In this document: positions 12,851-24,017 of the stretch, one piece after another
Numbering within the stretch: position 1 is the stretch's first letter
Layout: the number at the start of each line of letters is the position of its first letter
Source of the DNA: Eledone cirrhosa
Taxonomy: Eukaryota
DNA: 64,000 nucleotides
NCBI GenBank assembly: GCA_964016885.1
Contig: OZ024740.1
Span: 388,120,001 to 388,184,000, forward strand
Direction of reading: 5' to 3'
Translations under genes and position numbers: made by a program
Notes under the pieces: generated by a model
What the model was told of the DNA's origin: nothing
Seen by the model: only the letters and a program-made list of their open reading frames with translations
Database searches by the model: none

Positions 12851-14728
12851 ATGTTAAACGCAGCGAACGAAAATAGTGGTGGGGGGACAGCGGTAAGAGT
12901 TGTAAGCTCGCACGCTTTAGTCCTCCCTTCCTTCCCAACTAACGTCATAGAGAAGGAAGGAAAAATGAAAATAAAAACGGACGAATCTGCGGAGAAAAAA
13001 TTAAATGTCGAAAACAACGAAGAAAAAAAATTTGAAAAATTGCATGACAATACTAATAACACAAACAAAGACACAACAAACAAAAAAATAACAGTTGAAA
13101 ATAACATAATATCAGAAAACAAAGCAGACGACAAGACTTCATTTGCACAGAAAACAAAGAAATCTTTGACTTATATAGCGGAAAACATTTCAGATGTGGT
13201 ACGAAGGATCACGGACGCAAAACAATACATAAGTGAAGGTGAGAATGGTATTTTATTGGTAAAAATGCCTCAAGAATTCACGAAAGACATTGAAAGCCGA
13301 ACGGTCAAGTTTCGGACCATCAACAACAGTACAAAAAAACCTGAACAGCCTTCTCAAGCAGATATCAAAACAGTACTCGCAGAAGTACTGAATGAAACAA
13401 CTTTCATAAGAAAAGACAGACTGTATGGAAGCCTAGCAATTATCATGAAGAACGAATCGGCGGCAAAAAAATGTGCTTTGTCACCGATTCGTTCGAAAAA
13501 TTTCACCTTTTATCCATCTTATATGGGGAAAAAAACTCAACGCATATGGCTGGACGCAATGATGCCAGATGTGGACTACTGCTGGCTCATAGCTGGCTTC
13601 ATCGATCCAGTGAATGACAACGTGATTTCCATTGGGAAAACCACAGGCAATGCGTTCAGTGGAACAGGTATAGAGCTGGTAGTACAAATGAAGCCTGAAC
13701 GCATCGCCCAAATACCCGACAGAATCCTATTAGAGGACCACGGGTATATAAACATTAGCGTGGAGGGGAGAAGGCCGTCCTGCCATATCTGTGCAGGCAG
13801 AGGGCACCTGAAGGCCGCTTGTCCCCAACTCAACAAAAAGAAAACCCTGCTACCAACACCAGCTCCACCACCACCACCACAACAGATAAACAAACAACAA
13901 AACTCAGTCCCACCCAACCCGTCCCTCAGTAACACCACAACACCACCACAACACAAACAGTCACAACACATTACCCCAAAACAAAATACAGGCCCACCCA
14001 ACCTCTCACTCAATAAAACAACACAACCACCGCAGACACAACACACAACACAGTCTAACATAGTGACATCCATCTCCCCCACAAAGAAAACCAACACGGA
14101 AACATTACCAGCAAACATACCTCTTCCCTCCAACACTGAAGATAACCCAACGAATTCGGAGGAAGAAACGGAGTCCTTCAGACAGATTAAAAGGAAAAAA
14201 AGAAAACATGTGCAAAACACACAAGGACAAACAACCCCCACCCAAATCGCAACACAATCTAACAAAACAGAAAACACCCCTCCAGCAACAAACAAAACCA
14301 AACCTGCCCCTCCCCTCTTCGAAACACTCACACCATCGGAAAAAAAGACACTACACTATACTTACATCAACAGAAACAATAATAAATTAAATGAACTCAT
14401 ATACAATAATCCTTCGGTACAAACCGAAGGTGTAAACTTTGTTTCTTCAGAAAACCACCCACATTTAAAACTAATAAAAATCCCAATGAACCTCTACCAA
14501 AAACTAAAAAAGGATTTTAAGGAGGACGTAGGACCACCCTCTGTCAAACCCATAAACCGCGTCCTACTAAAAAGCTTTCCCCCTCCCCTTCCCCTCCCCA
14601 ACACAACTCCAAACACCCCAACCCCACCACACACCGACGACCCCACACCACCACAAGACACCCCTTCACCCAACACCCCCGACCCCATGGAAGTCGTGCA
14701 ACCCGAACCCCGGGAAGCGGAAAGGTAG
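12851..14728 (+). CDS. Tx1 ORF1p (CCHC zinc knuckle, Pro/Thr/Gln-rich linker)
   Basis: 625-aa ORF with CHICAGRGHLKAAC (CX2CX4HX4C), directly upstream of ORF2. Confidence 0.9.
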   Translation: MLNAANENSGGGTAVRVVSSHALVLPSFPTNVIEKEGKMKIKTDESAEKKLNVENNEEKKFEKLHDNTNNTNKDTTNKKITVENNIISENKADDKTSFAQKTKKSLTYIAENISDVVRRITDAKQYISEGENGILLVKMPQEFTKDIESRTVKFRTINNSTKKPEQPSQADIKTVLAEVLNETTFIRKDRLYGSLAIIMKNESAAKKCALSPIRSKNFTFYPSYMGKKTQRIWLDAMMPDVDYCWLIAGFIDPVNDNVISIGKTTGNAFSGTGIELVVQMKPERIAQIPDRILLEDHGYINISVEGRRPSCHICAGRGHLKAACPQLNKKKTLLPTPAPPPPPQQINKQQNSVPPNPSLSNTTTPPQHKQSQHITPKQNTGPPNLSLNKTTQPPQTQHTTQSNIVTSISPTKKTNTETLPANIPLPSNTEDNPTNSEEETESFRQIKRKKRKHVQNTQGQTTPTQIATQSNKTENTPPATNKTKPAPPLFETLTPSEKKTLHYTYINRNNNKLNELIYNNPSVQTEGVNFVSSENHPHLKLIKIPMNLYQKLKKDFKEDVGPPSVKPINRVLLKSFPPPLPLPNTTPNTPTPPHTDDPTPPQDTPSPNTPDPMEVVQPEPREAER

Positions 14729-14761
14729 GTCTCTACACTCTCCTTTGGCTCTGCCGCCCAC

Positions 14762-17700
14762 ATGGATGTGTTAAGAGTAGGATGTTTGAATGCACGTGGC
14801 CTGGGTTCAACTTGGAAGCAAGCAAAGCTTCTAAATGACCTCAGGTCATGTAGTATAAATGTAATGGTTATCTGTGAGACTCGAATCAGCGTCATGCGGC
14901 AGCTGGCCCCCACCTTCGATGACTTTGAGGTGCATGCATCTCTCTGTCAACCTGGAGGTGGGGGTGGGGTTGTCGTGCTGCTGCAAAAACACCTGGGTCT
15001 TGCCGTACAGGTTGTGCACTCGGACCCGGAGGGTCGTTTGTTGGTGCTAGACGTTGGCAGTAGTGAAAGTGCGGCCTTGAGACTGGTCGCCGTCTACTCC
15101 CCTTTCGGAGCTGAACGGCCCGACTTCTTCCAGCGTTTGGAGACTTTTCTGGGAACGTCGCGTTCCCTGCTTCTAGCGGGGGATTGGAATGACATCCTGG
15201 ATGCACGTTGGGACTATGCAGGAGCATGTCCTAATAGAGGGGGGTGTAACAGCCTCAAGGGGTTACTCGACCGTTTTAACTTGGTCGATAGATATCGACT
15301 AGATTTTCCAACTGTGCCTACCTGGACTTGGAGAAACCACAGTGGTCAATCTAGATCGTACTTAGATAGATTCTTAGTTAGAAGTAAGGATAGGGACATA
15401 TTAAGCTGTCCAGAAATGCGCACGGTTGGCTACACGGATCACAAATTAGTGACCTGCGTGGTCAATCTCGAGAAAACACATAGACAGGGTCCCGGTTACT
15501 GGAAACTTAATTTGTCTTTACCGGCAAAAGAGACTTACAGAAACCGGATTAGCAGATTAGTTAAGGAGAGGTTGACGGGTGCAATCGTCAACAACCGATG
15601 GTGGGCATCTCTCAAAAGAGAGATTAGAACAGAATCAATAAGTTATAGCAAGATGTTAGCTGCCAATAGGAATAGAAACGAGAAAGAATTAACAGGTAAA
15701 TTAGAAGAGGCAATCAAGAGCGAAGATGTGGCCAGAGTGCTGGCATCGAGGACGGCCTTGAACCAGTTTTTCGATGCAAAGCATGAAGGCTGCGTCATTC
15801 GAAGTAAAATACGTGCTCTAGGTAATGAGGGGGCCAAAGCCGTTGGATGGGCCCGCGTGACAGAAGCTAAAAGTGGAAATCGATCCACCATCCGGTCGTT
15901 GCAAGACGAAGATGGACGAGTGATCCGGGAGCCTAAGCAGATGTGCGAGGCCTTTCAAAAGCACTTTGCCCGATTGTTCGGGGGAGGCGAGGGTCCGGGC
16001 CGGGGCGTGGATTTCGGTCCATACCTCGACGGCCTGCCGCGTCTCTCGAGCAAAGAGGCAGAGTCCTGCGAGGGACCAATCTCGGCTGATGAGATCGGAG
16101 ATGCGCTGAGCCAATGCAGCAGACGCAAATCTCCAGGTCTCGATGGTATACCTTACGAACTTTATTTAGCAATGCCGGTCTTCTTCTCCGAACTCCTCGA
16201 AGCGGTCTACTGCAATTGGCAGCAGAACGGGAGAATTCCTTGTTCTGTAGCCAAGGGCGTAGTCACGCTGGTGAGGAAGGACGAGAACAAGGGGGATAGT
16301 ATAAATAATTTTCGGCCCATAACCCTGCTAAACACAGAGTTAAAGATTTTGGCCAAGGTGTTAGCAAAGAGGTTGGCGCTTGTCGTGGGTGGCCTGGTGG
16401 GAGATGCGCAGACATGTGCTATCCCATCCAGGTCCATTCACGATAACCTCCACCTCATGCGATACATCATAGAGAGGGTTGGCAACAAACCCGGCTTCGG
16501 TGGGGCCCTGATCAACTTGGATCAGTCTAAGGCATTCGATAGGGTCGACCATGGTTACCTGGATGCGGTGCTAGCGGCGGCTGGGTTCGGTCCTGTTTTC
16601 AGAGGCTGGATCACTGCCCTACATAGCAACCACATCTGTTCTAGGATCAAGGTGAACGGCTACCTTTCGAAGCCGTTCGAAATCACACGATCCATTCGAC
16701 AGGGGTGCTCTCTCTCCTCCCTTCTGTACGTATTGACTCTCGAGCCTTTACTGAGGAAGTTGGAGTTGTTGCAGGGTATCCCCCTGGAACCAGGATTGAG
16801 CAAAGCGGTGTCGGCCTACGCCGATGACGTAACAGTAATGGTATCAACCGACTCGGAGATCGAGGCGATCGGTACCTTACTGGAGGAGTACGAAAGGTTG
16901 TCAGGAGCGAAACTGAACCGGGAAAAATCCATCGGGCTGCAACTCGGAACGTGGAGAGGCAGACCGATGCCTCCCGATGGTGTCGTCGGACACTGGACGG
17001 AGGGCCCGGTAAAGTTGCTTGGGGTCTGGTTTGGACCGGACCTCCAGGTGGAAAAGAACTGGAACGAGGTTACGAACAAGGTGTTTGCACTAACCCAGAA
17101 ATGGGCCAAGTGTAAGCTGTCCCTAAAAGGCCGGGCGGAGGTGGCGAACATTTACATAGCGTCCGTCACTTACTACCGCCTGACTGTCGTGCCTTGCCCT
17201 AAGGAAACACTCACCACCATGGAACGCATGCTCTTCCAATTTCTTTGGAAGAAGCGTCCTCCTATGGTGAGAAGATCCATCTGCTGCCAACAACCTTCGA
17301 AAGGAGGGCTGGGGATGCCGTGGTTGATGATGCGTAGGCACGCATTAAGGCTACGGCACCTACAGGTATTCCTCACTGGTCAACCGGTGTGGGCTCCGTT
17401 CGTGAAACGAGCCTTTCCGAGACTCGTCTCACTCACCGAGCTACAGTCCTGGGTCAAGCAAAGATCCGGAAAACTGGGAGACTGGCACACTGAGTGTGCT
17501 CAGGCGCTCAGGGCTCTCTGGCAAGCGGGCCGGGCCATCGGTGGAGAATCCACCTCATCATTCTATAGAGGGCTGGTGGCTAGCAGGGGCGATGACACCC
17601 TTGGAGAGTCGCTGGACATGGAAGAAGACGAACTGGCCAGCCTGTTCGGTAGGACTTTCGGCCCAGGACCAATGGACAACTTCCAGAAGTCACTGGCCTG

Positions 17701-18199
17701 GCAGTGCTACCGAGGGGCTCTACCCGTTCGAGAGAGGCTCTACAGACACGGGCGCCCGGGCAGGGATCCCTCAAAAAAGATTTGCCCTAGATGCGTGCGT
17801 CACGAAGAAACCGTGGCGCACGCATTGGTGCAATGTCCGGGCGTGGCTGATCTGTGGGGCTACGCCGAACAACTGCTGTCGCGGGTGGCGCCGATTAAAT
17901 TGACAGCCGAGTCCGTGATGACAATCAAACCGCCTCCCCTCTTCACAAAGGAAGCAAAGGCGGTTTTTCTGTGCGTAATAGCCATGTTGAAAGAGGTTGT
18001 TTGGTGGACACGATTGAAAGGTCTGAGGTCAGGCAACTTCCTCTCTGGCCATAGTCTGGTCTACTTCTTCCGATATCACTTCGGAAGAAGGATAAGAATG
18101 GAGAGAGAGGTGCTTGGCCACAGGCAGTTTTATGAAAGGTGGGTGATAGTGGCGAGAATGGCTCGTGTAAATGGGCCTTCTCTGTATACCATCCTGTAG
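14762..18199 (+). CDS. Tx1 ORF2p: APE endonuclease, reverse transcriptase and C-terminal zinc finger
   Basis: 1145 aa with NARGL, GDWND, YLDR, TDH, GYWKLN, SPGLDG, FRPITLLN, DQSKAFDRV, YADD and CPRC..ET..H...C. Confidence 0.97.
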   Translation: MDVLRVGCLNARGLGSTWKQAKLLNDLRSCSINVMVICETRISVMRQLAPTFDDFEVHASLCQPGGGGGVVVLLQKHLGLAVQVVHSDPEGRLLVLDVGSSESAALRLVAVYSPFGAERPDFFQRLETFLGTSRSLLLAGDWNDILDARWDYAGACPNRGGCNSLKGLLDRFNLVDRYRLDFPTVPTWTWRNHSGQSRSYLDRFLVRSKDRDILSCPEMRTVGYTDHKLVTCVVNLEKTHRQGPGYWKLNLSLPAKETYRNRISRLVKERLTGAIVNNRWWASLKREIRTESISYSKMLAANRNRNEKELTGKLEEAIKSEDVARVLASRTALNQFFDAKHEGCVIRSKIRALGNEGAKAVGWARVTEAKSGNRSTIRSLQDEDGRVIREPKQMCEAFQKHFARLFGGGEGPGRGVDFGPYLDGLPRLSSKEAESCEGPISADEIGDALSQCSRRKSPGLDGIPYELYLAMPVFFSELLEAVYCNWQQNGRIPCSVAKGVVTLVRKDENKGDSINNFRPITLLNTELKILAKVLAKRLALVVGGLVGDAQTCAIPSRSIHDNLHLMRYIIERVGNKPGFGGALINLDQSKAFDRVDHGYLDAVLAAAGFGPVFRGWITALHSNHICSRIKVNGYLSKPFEITRSIRQGCSLSSLLYVLTLEPLLRKLELLQGIPLEPGLSKAVSAYADDVTVMVSTDSEIEAIGTLLEEYERLSGAKLNREKSIGLQLGTWRGRPMPPDGVVGHWTEGPVKLLGVWFGPDLQVEKNWNEVTNKVFALTQKWAKCKLSLKGRAEVANIYIASVTYYRLTVVPCPKETLTTMERMLFQFLWKKRPPMVRRSICCQQPSKGGLGMPWLMMRRHALRLRHLQVFLTGQPVWAPFVKRAFPRLVSLTELQSWVKQRSGKLGDWHTECAQALRALWQAGRAIGGESTSSFYRGLVASRGDDTLGESLDMEEDELASLFGRTFGPGPMDNFQKSLAWQCYRGALPVRERLYRHGRPGRDPSKKICPRCVRHEETVAHALVQCPGVADLWGYAEQLLSRVAPIKLTAESVMTIKPPPLFTKEAKAVFLCVIAMLKEVVWWTRLKGLRSGNFLSGHSLVYFFRYHFGRRIRMEREVLGHRQFYERWVIVARMARVNGPSLYTIL

Positions 18200-18665
18200 G
18201 TAAAGAAGTAAAGGAGAGGGGAGCACCTTCTCCATGTGCTCCCTGGGCAAAGGATTGCACACTTTTTCGGGGGTGTGTGCAACCCCCATCACGTCCCCTC
18301 CCTTTTGAGGTTATTTTCGATTATTTTCATGTTACACCCTTTTTACTCGATTATATGTAAACTCCCCCTTTGTATTTTTCCCTTCTTTTTATGCCTTTAT
18401 GGTAAATAAAGAAATCTATCTATCTATCTATATCAAATCTAGCTGTCGTCTGTTCTACAGTGTGGATGTCATTCACTTCGCACAGAAGTTTTGTTCAAAT
18501 TTATTGAGGAAATTTTGTGAGTTCAAACTTAATTTTGATACAATTGTGTAGCTTGACCCTCCGTCTGAACTGTCAGGCGGTGGGTCAGCTCATCTTTACC
18601 CCTCCTAGAGGTGAAAAACCTGTTTTAAAAAATTTTGTGTAAAAAATTTCAATCGTCTAACAGAA

Positions 18666-20546
18666 ATGTTAAACGCAGCGAACGAAAATAGTGGTGGGGG
18701 GACAGCGGTAAGAGTTGTAAGCTCGCACGCTTTAGTCCTCCCTTCCTTCCCAACTAACGTCATAGAGAAGGAAGGAAAAATGAAAATAAAAACGGACGAA
18801 TCTGCGGAGGAAAAAAAATTAAATGACGAAAACAACGAAAAAAAAAAATTTGAAAAATTGCATGACAATACTAATAACACAAACAAAGACACAACAAACA
18901 AAAAAATAACAGTTGAAAATAACATAATATCAGAAAACAAAGCAGACGACAAGATTTCTTTTGCACAGAAAACAAAGAAATCTTTGACTTATATAGCGGA
19001 AAACATTTCAGATGTGGTACGAAGGATCACGGACGCAAAACAATACATAAGTGAAGGTGAGAATGGTATTTTATTGGTAAAAATGCCTCAAGAATTCACG
19101 AAAGACATTGAAAGCCGAACGGTCAAGTTTCGGACCATCAACAACAGTACAAAAAAACCTGAACAGCCTTCTCAAGCAGATATCAAAACAGTACTCGCAG
19201 AAGTACTGAATGAAACAACTTTCATAAGAAAAGACAGACTGTATGGAAGCCTAGCAATTATCATGAAGAACGAATCGGCGGCAAAAAAATGTGCTTTGTC
19301 ACCGATTCGTTCGAAAAATTTCACCTTTTATCCATCTTATATGGGGAAAAAAACTCAACGCATATGGCTGGATGCAATGATGCCAGATGTGGACTACTGC
19401 TGGCTCATAGCTGGCTTCATCGATCCAGTGAATGACAACGTGATTTCCATTGGGAAAACCACAGGCAATGCGTTCAGTGGAACAGGTATAGAGCTGGTAG
19501 TACAAATGAAGCCTGAACGCATCGCCCAAATACCCGACAGAATCCTATTAGAGGACCACGGGTATATAAACATTAGCGTGGAGGGGAGAAGGCCGTCCTG
19601 CCATATCTGTGCAGGCAGAGGGCACCTGAAGGCCGCTTGTCCCCAACTCAACAAAAAGAAAACCCTGCTACCAACACCAGCTCCACCACCACCACCACAA
19701 CAGATAAACAAACAACAAAACTCAGTCCCACCCAACCCGTCCCTCAGTAACACCACAACACCACCACAACACAAACAGTCACAACACATTACCCCAAAAC
19801 AAAATACAGGCCCACCCAACCTCTCACTCAATAAAACAACACAACCACCGCAGACACAACACACAACACAGTCTAACATAGTGACATCCATCTCCCCCAC
19901 AAAGAAAACCAACACGGAAACATTACCAGCAAACATACCTCTTCCCTCCAACACTGAAGATAACCCAACGAATTCGGAGGAAGAAACGGAGTCCTTCAGA
20001 CAGATTAAAAGGAAAAAAAGAAAACATGTGCAAAACACACAAGGACAAACAACCCCCACCCAAATCGCAACACAATCTAACAAAACAGAAAACACCCCTC
20101 CAGCAACAAACAAAACCAAACCTGCCCCTCCCCTCTTCGAAACACTCACACCATCGGAAAAAAAGACATTACACTATACTTACATCAACAGAAACAATAA
20201 TAAATTAAATGAACTCATATACAATAATCCTTCGGTACAAACCGAAGGTGTAAACTTTGTTTCATCAGAAAACCACCCACATTTAAAACTAATAAAAATC
20301 CCAATGAACCTCTACCAAAAACTAAAAAAGGATTTTAAGGAGGACGTAGGACCACCCTCTGTCAAACCCATAAACCGCGTCCTACTAAAAAGCTTTCCCC
20401 CTCCCCTTCCCCTCCCCAACACAACTCCAAACACCCCAACCCCACCACACACCGACGACCCCACACCACCACAAGACACCCCTTCACCCAACACCCCCGA
20501 CCCCATGGAAGTCGTGCAACCCGAACCCCGGGAAGCGGAAAGGTAG
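18666..20546 (+). CDS. Tx1 ORF1p (copy A2)
   Basis: 626 aa with the same zinc knuckle. Confidence 0.9.
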   Translation: MLNAANENSGGGTAVRVVSSHALVLPSFPTNVIEKEGKMKIKTDESAEEKKLNDENNEKKKFEKLHDNTNNTNKDTTNKKITVENNIISENKADDKISFAQKTKKSLTYIAENISDVVRRITDAKQYISEGENGILLVKMPQEFTKDIESRTVKFRTINNSTKKPEQPSQADIKTVLAEVLNETTFIRKDRLYGSLAIIMKNESAAKKCALSPIRSKNFTFYPSYMGKKTQRIWLDAMMPDVDYCWLIAGFIDPVNDNVISIGKTTGNAFSGTGIELVVQMKPERIAQIPDRILLEDHGYINISVEGRRPSCHICAGRGHLKAACPQLNKKKTLLPTPAPPPPPQQINKQQNSVPPNPSLSNTTTPPQHKQSQHITPKQNTGPPNLSLNKTTQPPQTQHTTQSNIVTSISPTKKTNTETLPANIPLPSNTEDNPTNSEEETESFRQIKRKKRKHVQNTQGQTTPTQIATQSNKTENTPPATNKTKPAPPLFETLTPSEKKTLHYTYINRNNNKLNELIYNNPSVQTEGVNFVSSENHPHLKLIKIPMNLYQKLKKDFKEDVGPPSVKPINRVLLKSFPPPLPLPNTTPNTPTPPHTDDPTPPQDTPSPNTPDPMEVVQPEPREAER

Positions 20547-20579
20547 GTCTCTACACTCTCCTTTGGCTCTGCCGCCCAC

Positions 20580-23500
20580 ATGGATGTGTTAAGAGTAGGA
20601 TGTTTGAATGCACGTGGCCTGGGCTCAACTTGGAAGCAAGCAAAGCTTCTAAATGACCTCAGGTCATGTAGTATAAATGTAATGGTTATCTGTGAGACTC
20701 GAATCAGCGTCATGCGGCAGCTGGCCCCCACCTTCGATGACTTTGAGGTGCATGCATCTCTCTGTCAACCTGGAGGTGGGGGTGGGGTTGTCGTGCTGCT
20801 GCAAAAACACCTGGGTCTTGCCGTACAGGTTGTGCACTCGGACCCGGAGGGTCGTTTGTTGGTGCTAGACGTTGGCAGTAGTGAAAGTGCGGCCTTGAGA
20901 CTGGTCGCCGTCTACTCCCCTTTCGGAGCTGAACGGCCCGACTTCTTCCAGCGTTTGGAGACTTTTCTGGGAACGTCGCGTTCCCTGCTTCTAGCGGGGG
21001 ATTGGAATGACATCCTAGATGCACGTTGGGACTATGCAGGAGCATGTCCTAATAGAGGGGGGTGTAACAGCCTCAAGGGGTTACTCGACCGTTTTAACTT
21101 GGTCGATAGATATCGACTAGATTTTCCAACTGTGCCTACCTGGACTTGGAGAAACCACAGTGGTCAATCTAGATCGTACTTAGATAGATTCTTAGTTAGA
21201 AGTAAGGATAGGGACATATTAAGCTGTCCAGAAATGCGCACGGTTGGCTACACGGATCACAAATTAGTGACCTGCGTGGTCAATCTCGAGAAAACACATA
21301 GACAGGGTCCCGGTTACTGGAAACTTAATTTGTCTTTACCGGCAAAAGAGACTTACAGAAACCGGATTAGCAGATTAGTTAAGGAGAGGTTGACGGGTGC
21401 AATCGTCAACAACCGATGGTGGGCATCTCTCAAAAGAGAGATTAGAACAGAATCAATAAGCTATAGCAAGATGTTAGCTGCCAATAGGAATAGAAACGAG
21501 AAAGAATTAACAGGTAAATTAGAAGAGGCAATCAAGAGCGAAGATGTGGCCAGAGTGCTGGCATCGAGGACGGCCTTGAACCAGTTTTTCGATGCAAAGC
21601 ATGAAGGCTGCGTCATTCGAAGTAAAATACGTGCTCTAGGTAATGAGGGGGCCAAAGCCGTTGGATGGGCCCGCGTGACAGAAGCTAAAAGTGGAAATCG
21701 ATCCACCATCCGGTCGTTGCAAGACGAAGATGGACGAGTGATCCGGGAGCCTAAGCAGATGTGCGAGGCCTTTCAAAAGCACTTTGCCCGATTGTTCGGG
21801 GGAGGCGAGGGTCCGGGCCGGGGCGTGAATTTCGGTCCATACCTCGACGGCCTGCCGCGTCTCTCGAACAAAGAGGCGGAGTCCTGCGAGGGACCAATCT
21901 CGGCTGATGAGATCGGAGATGCGCTGAGCCAATGCAGCAGACGCAAATCTCCAGGTCTCGATGGTATACCTTACGAACTTTATTTAGCAATGCCGGTCTT
22001 CTTCTCCGAACTCCTCGAAGCGGTCTACTGCAATTGGCAGCAGAACGGGAGAATTCCTTGTTCTGTAGCCAAGGGCGTAGTCACGCTGGTGAGGAAGGAC
22101 GAGAACAAGGGGGATAGTATAAATAATTTTCGGCCCATAACCCTGCTAAACACAGAGTTAAAGATTTTGGCCAAGGTGTTAGCAAAGAGGTTGGCGCTTG
22201 TCGTGGGTGGCCTGGTGGGAGATGCGCAGACATGTGCTATCCCATCCAGGTCCATTCACGATAACCTCCACCTCATGCGATACATCATAGAGAGGGTTGG
22301 CAACAAACCCGGCTTCGGTGGGGCCCTGATCAACTTGGATCAGTCTAAGGCATTCGATAGGGTCGACCATGGTTACCTGGATGCGGTGCTAGCGGCGGCT
22401 GGGTTCGGTCCTGTTTTCAGAGGCTGGATCACTGCCCTACATAGCAACCACATCTGTTCTAGGATCAAGGTGAACGGCTACCTTTCGAAGCCGTTCGAAA
22501 TCACACGATCCATTCGACAGGGGTGCCCTCTCTCCTCCCTTCTGTACGTATTGACTCTCGAGCCTTTACTGAGGAAGTTGGAGTTGTTGCAGGGTATCCC
22601 CCTGGAACCAGGATTGAGCAAAGCGGTGTCGGCCTACGCCGATGACGTAACAGTAATGGTATCAACCGACTCGGAGATCGAGGCGATCGGTACCTTACTG
22701 GAGGAGTACGAAAGGTTGTCAGGAGCGAAACTGAACCGGGAAAAATCCATCGGGCTGCAACTCGGAACGTGGAGAGGCAGACCGATGCCTCCCGATGGTG
22801 TCGTCGGACACTGGACGGAGGGCCCGGTAAAGTTGCTTGGGGTCTGGTTTGGACCGGACCTCCAGGTGGAAAAGAACTGGAACGAGGTTACGAACAAGGT
22901 GTTTGCACTAACCCAGAAATGGGCCAAGTGTAAGCTGTCCCTAAAAGGCCGGGCGGAGGTGGCGAACATTTACATAGCGTCCGTCACTTACTACCGCCTG
23001 ACTGTCGTGCCTTGCCCTAAGGAAACACTCACCACCATGGAACGCATGCTCTTCCAATTTCTTTGGAAGAAGCGTCCTCCTATGGTGAGAAGATCCATCT
23101 GCTGCCAACAACCTTCGAAAGGAGGGCTGGGGATGCCGTGGTTGATGATGCGTAGGCACGCATTAAGGCTACGGCACCTACAGGTATTCCTCACTGGTCA
23201 ACCGGTGTGGGCTCCGTTCGTGAAACGAGCCTTTCCGAGACTCGTCTCACTCACCGAGCTACAGTCCTGGGTCAAGCAAAGATCCGGAAAACTGGGAGAC
23301 TGGCACACTGAGTGTGCTCAGGCGCTCAGGGCTCTCTGGCAAGCGGGCCGGGCCATCGGTGGAGAATCCACCTCATCATTCTATAGAGGGCTGGTGGCTA
23401 GCAGGGGCGATGACACCCTTGGAGAGTCGCTGGACATGGAAGAAGACGAACTGGCCAGCCTGTTCGGTAGGACTTTCGGCCCAGGACCAATGGACAACTT

Positions 23501-24017
23501 CCAGAAGTCACTGGCCTGGCAGTGCTACCGAGGGGCTCTACCCGTTCGAGAGAGGCTCTACAGACACGGGCGCCCGGGCAGGGATCCCTCAAAAAAGATT
23601 TGCCCTAGATGCGTGCGTCACGAAGAAACCGTGGCGCACGCATTGGTGCAATGTCCGGGCGTGGCTGATCTGTGGGGCTACGCCGAACAACTGCTGTCGC
23701 GGGTGGCGCCGATTAAATTGACAGCCGAGTCCGTGATGACAATCAAACCGCCTCCCCTCTTCACAAAGGAAGCAAAGGCGGTTTTTCTGTGCGTAATAGC
23801 CATGTTGAAAGAGGTTGTTTGGTGGACACGATTGAAAGGTCTGAGGTCAGGCAACTTCCTCTCTGGCCATAGTCTGGTCTACTTCTTCCGATATCACTTC
23901 GGAAGAAGGATAAGAATGGAGAGAGAGGTGCTTGGCCACAGGCAGTTTTATGAAAGGTGGGTGATAGTGGCGAGAATGGCTCGTGTAAATGGGCCTTCTC
24001 TGTATACCATCCTGTAG
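20580..24017 (+). CDS. Tx1 ORF2p (copy A2), apparently intact
   Basis: 1145 aa with RQGCPLS and YADD intact. Confidence 0.97.
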   Translation: MDVLRVGCLNARGLGSTWKQAKLLNDLRSCSINVMVICETRISVMRQLAPTFDDFEVHASLCQPGGGGGVVVLLQKHLGLAVQVVHSDPEGRLLVLDVGSSESAALRLVAVYSPFGAERPDFFQRLETFLGTSRSLLLAGDWNDILDARWDYAGACPNRGGCNSLKGLLDRFNLVDRYRLDFPTVPTWTWRNHSGQSRSYLDRFLVRSKDRDILSCPEMRTVGYTDHKLVTCVVNLEKTHRQGPGYWKLNLSLPAKETYRNRISRLVKERLTGAIVNNRWWASLKREIRTESISYSKMLAANRNRNEKELTGKLEEAIKSEDVARVLASRTALNQFFDAKHEGCVIRSKIRALGNEGAKAVGWARVTEAKSGNRSTIRSLQDEDGRVIREPKQMCEAFQKHFARLFGGGEGPGRGVNFGPYLDGLPRLSNKEAESCEGPISADEIGDALSQCSRRKSPGLDGIPYELYLAMPVFFSELLEAVYCNWQQNGRIPCSVAKGVVTLVRKDENKGDSINNFRPITLLNTELKILAKVLAKRLALVVGGLVGDAQTCAIPSRSIHDNLHLMRYIIERVGNKPGFGGALINLDQSKAFDRVDHGYLDAVLAAAGFGPVFRGWITALHSNHICSRIKVNGYLSKPFEITRSIRQGCPLSSLLYVLTLEPLLRKLELLQGIPLEPGLSKAVSAYADDVTVMVSTDSEIEAIGTLLEEYERLSGAKLNREKSIGLQLGTWRGRPMPPDGVVGHWTEGPVKLLGVWFGPDLQVEKNWNEVTNKVFALTQKWAKCKLSLKGRAEVANIYIASVTYYRLTVVPCPKETLTTMERMLFQFLWKKRPPMVRRSICCQQPSKGGLGMPWLMMRRHALRLRHLQVFLTGQPVWAPFVKRAFPRLVSLTELQSWVKQRSGKLGDWHTECAQALRALWQAGRAIGGESTSSFYRGLVASRGDDTLGESLDMEEDELASLFGRTFGPGPMDNFQKSLAWQCYRGALPVRERLYRHGRPGRDPSKKICPRCVRHEETVAHALVQCPGVADLWGYAEQLLSRVAPIKLTAESVMTIKPPPLFTKEAKAVFLCVIAMLKEVVWWTRLKGLRSGNFLSGHSLVYFFRYHFGRRIRMEREVLGHRQFYERWVIVARMARVNGPSLYTIL

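Larger units (their letters stand above)
12611..18414 (+). mobile_element. Full-length Tx1-type (L1 clade) non-LTR retrotransposon, copy A1
   Basis: 5'UTR, ORF1, ORF2 and 3'UTR ending AATAAAGAAA. Preceded by (TCTA)7 and followed by (TCTA)4. Confidence 0.95.

Noticed and set aside
14726-14764. In-frame stop read-through fusing ORF1 and ORF2 (33-nt spacer)
   Set aside because: The spacer is 34 nt in family B and about 35 nt in C, so frame is not conserved, although those copies are degenerate.
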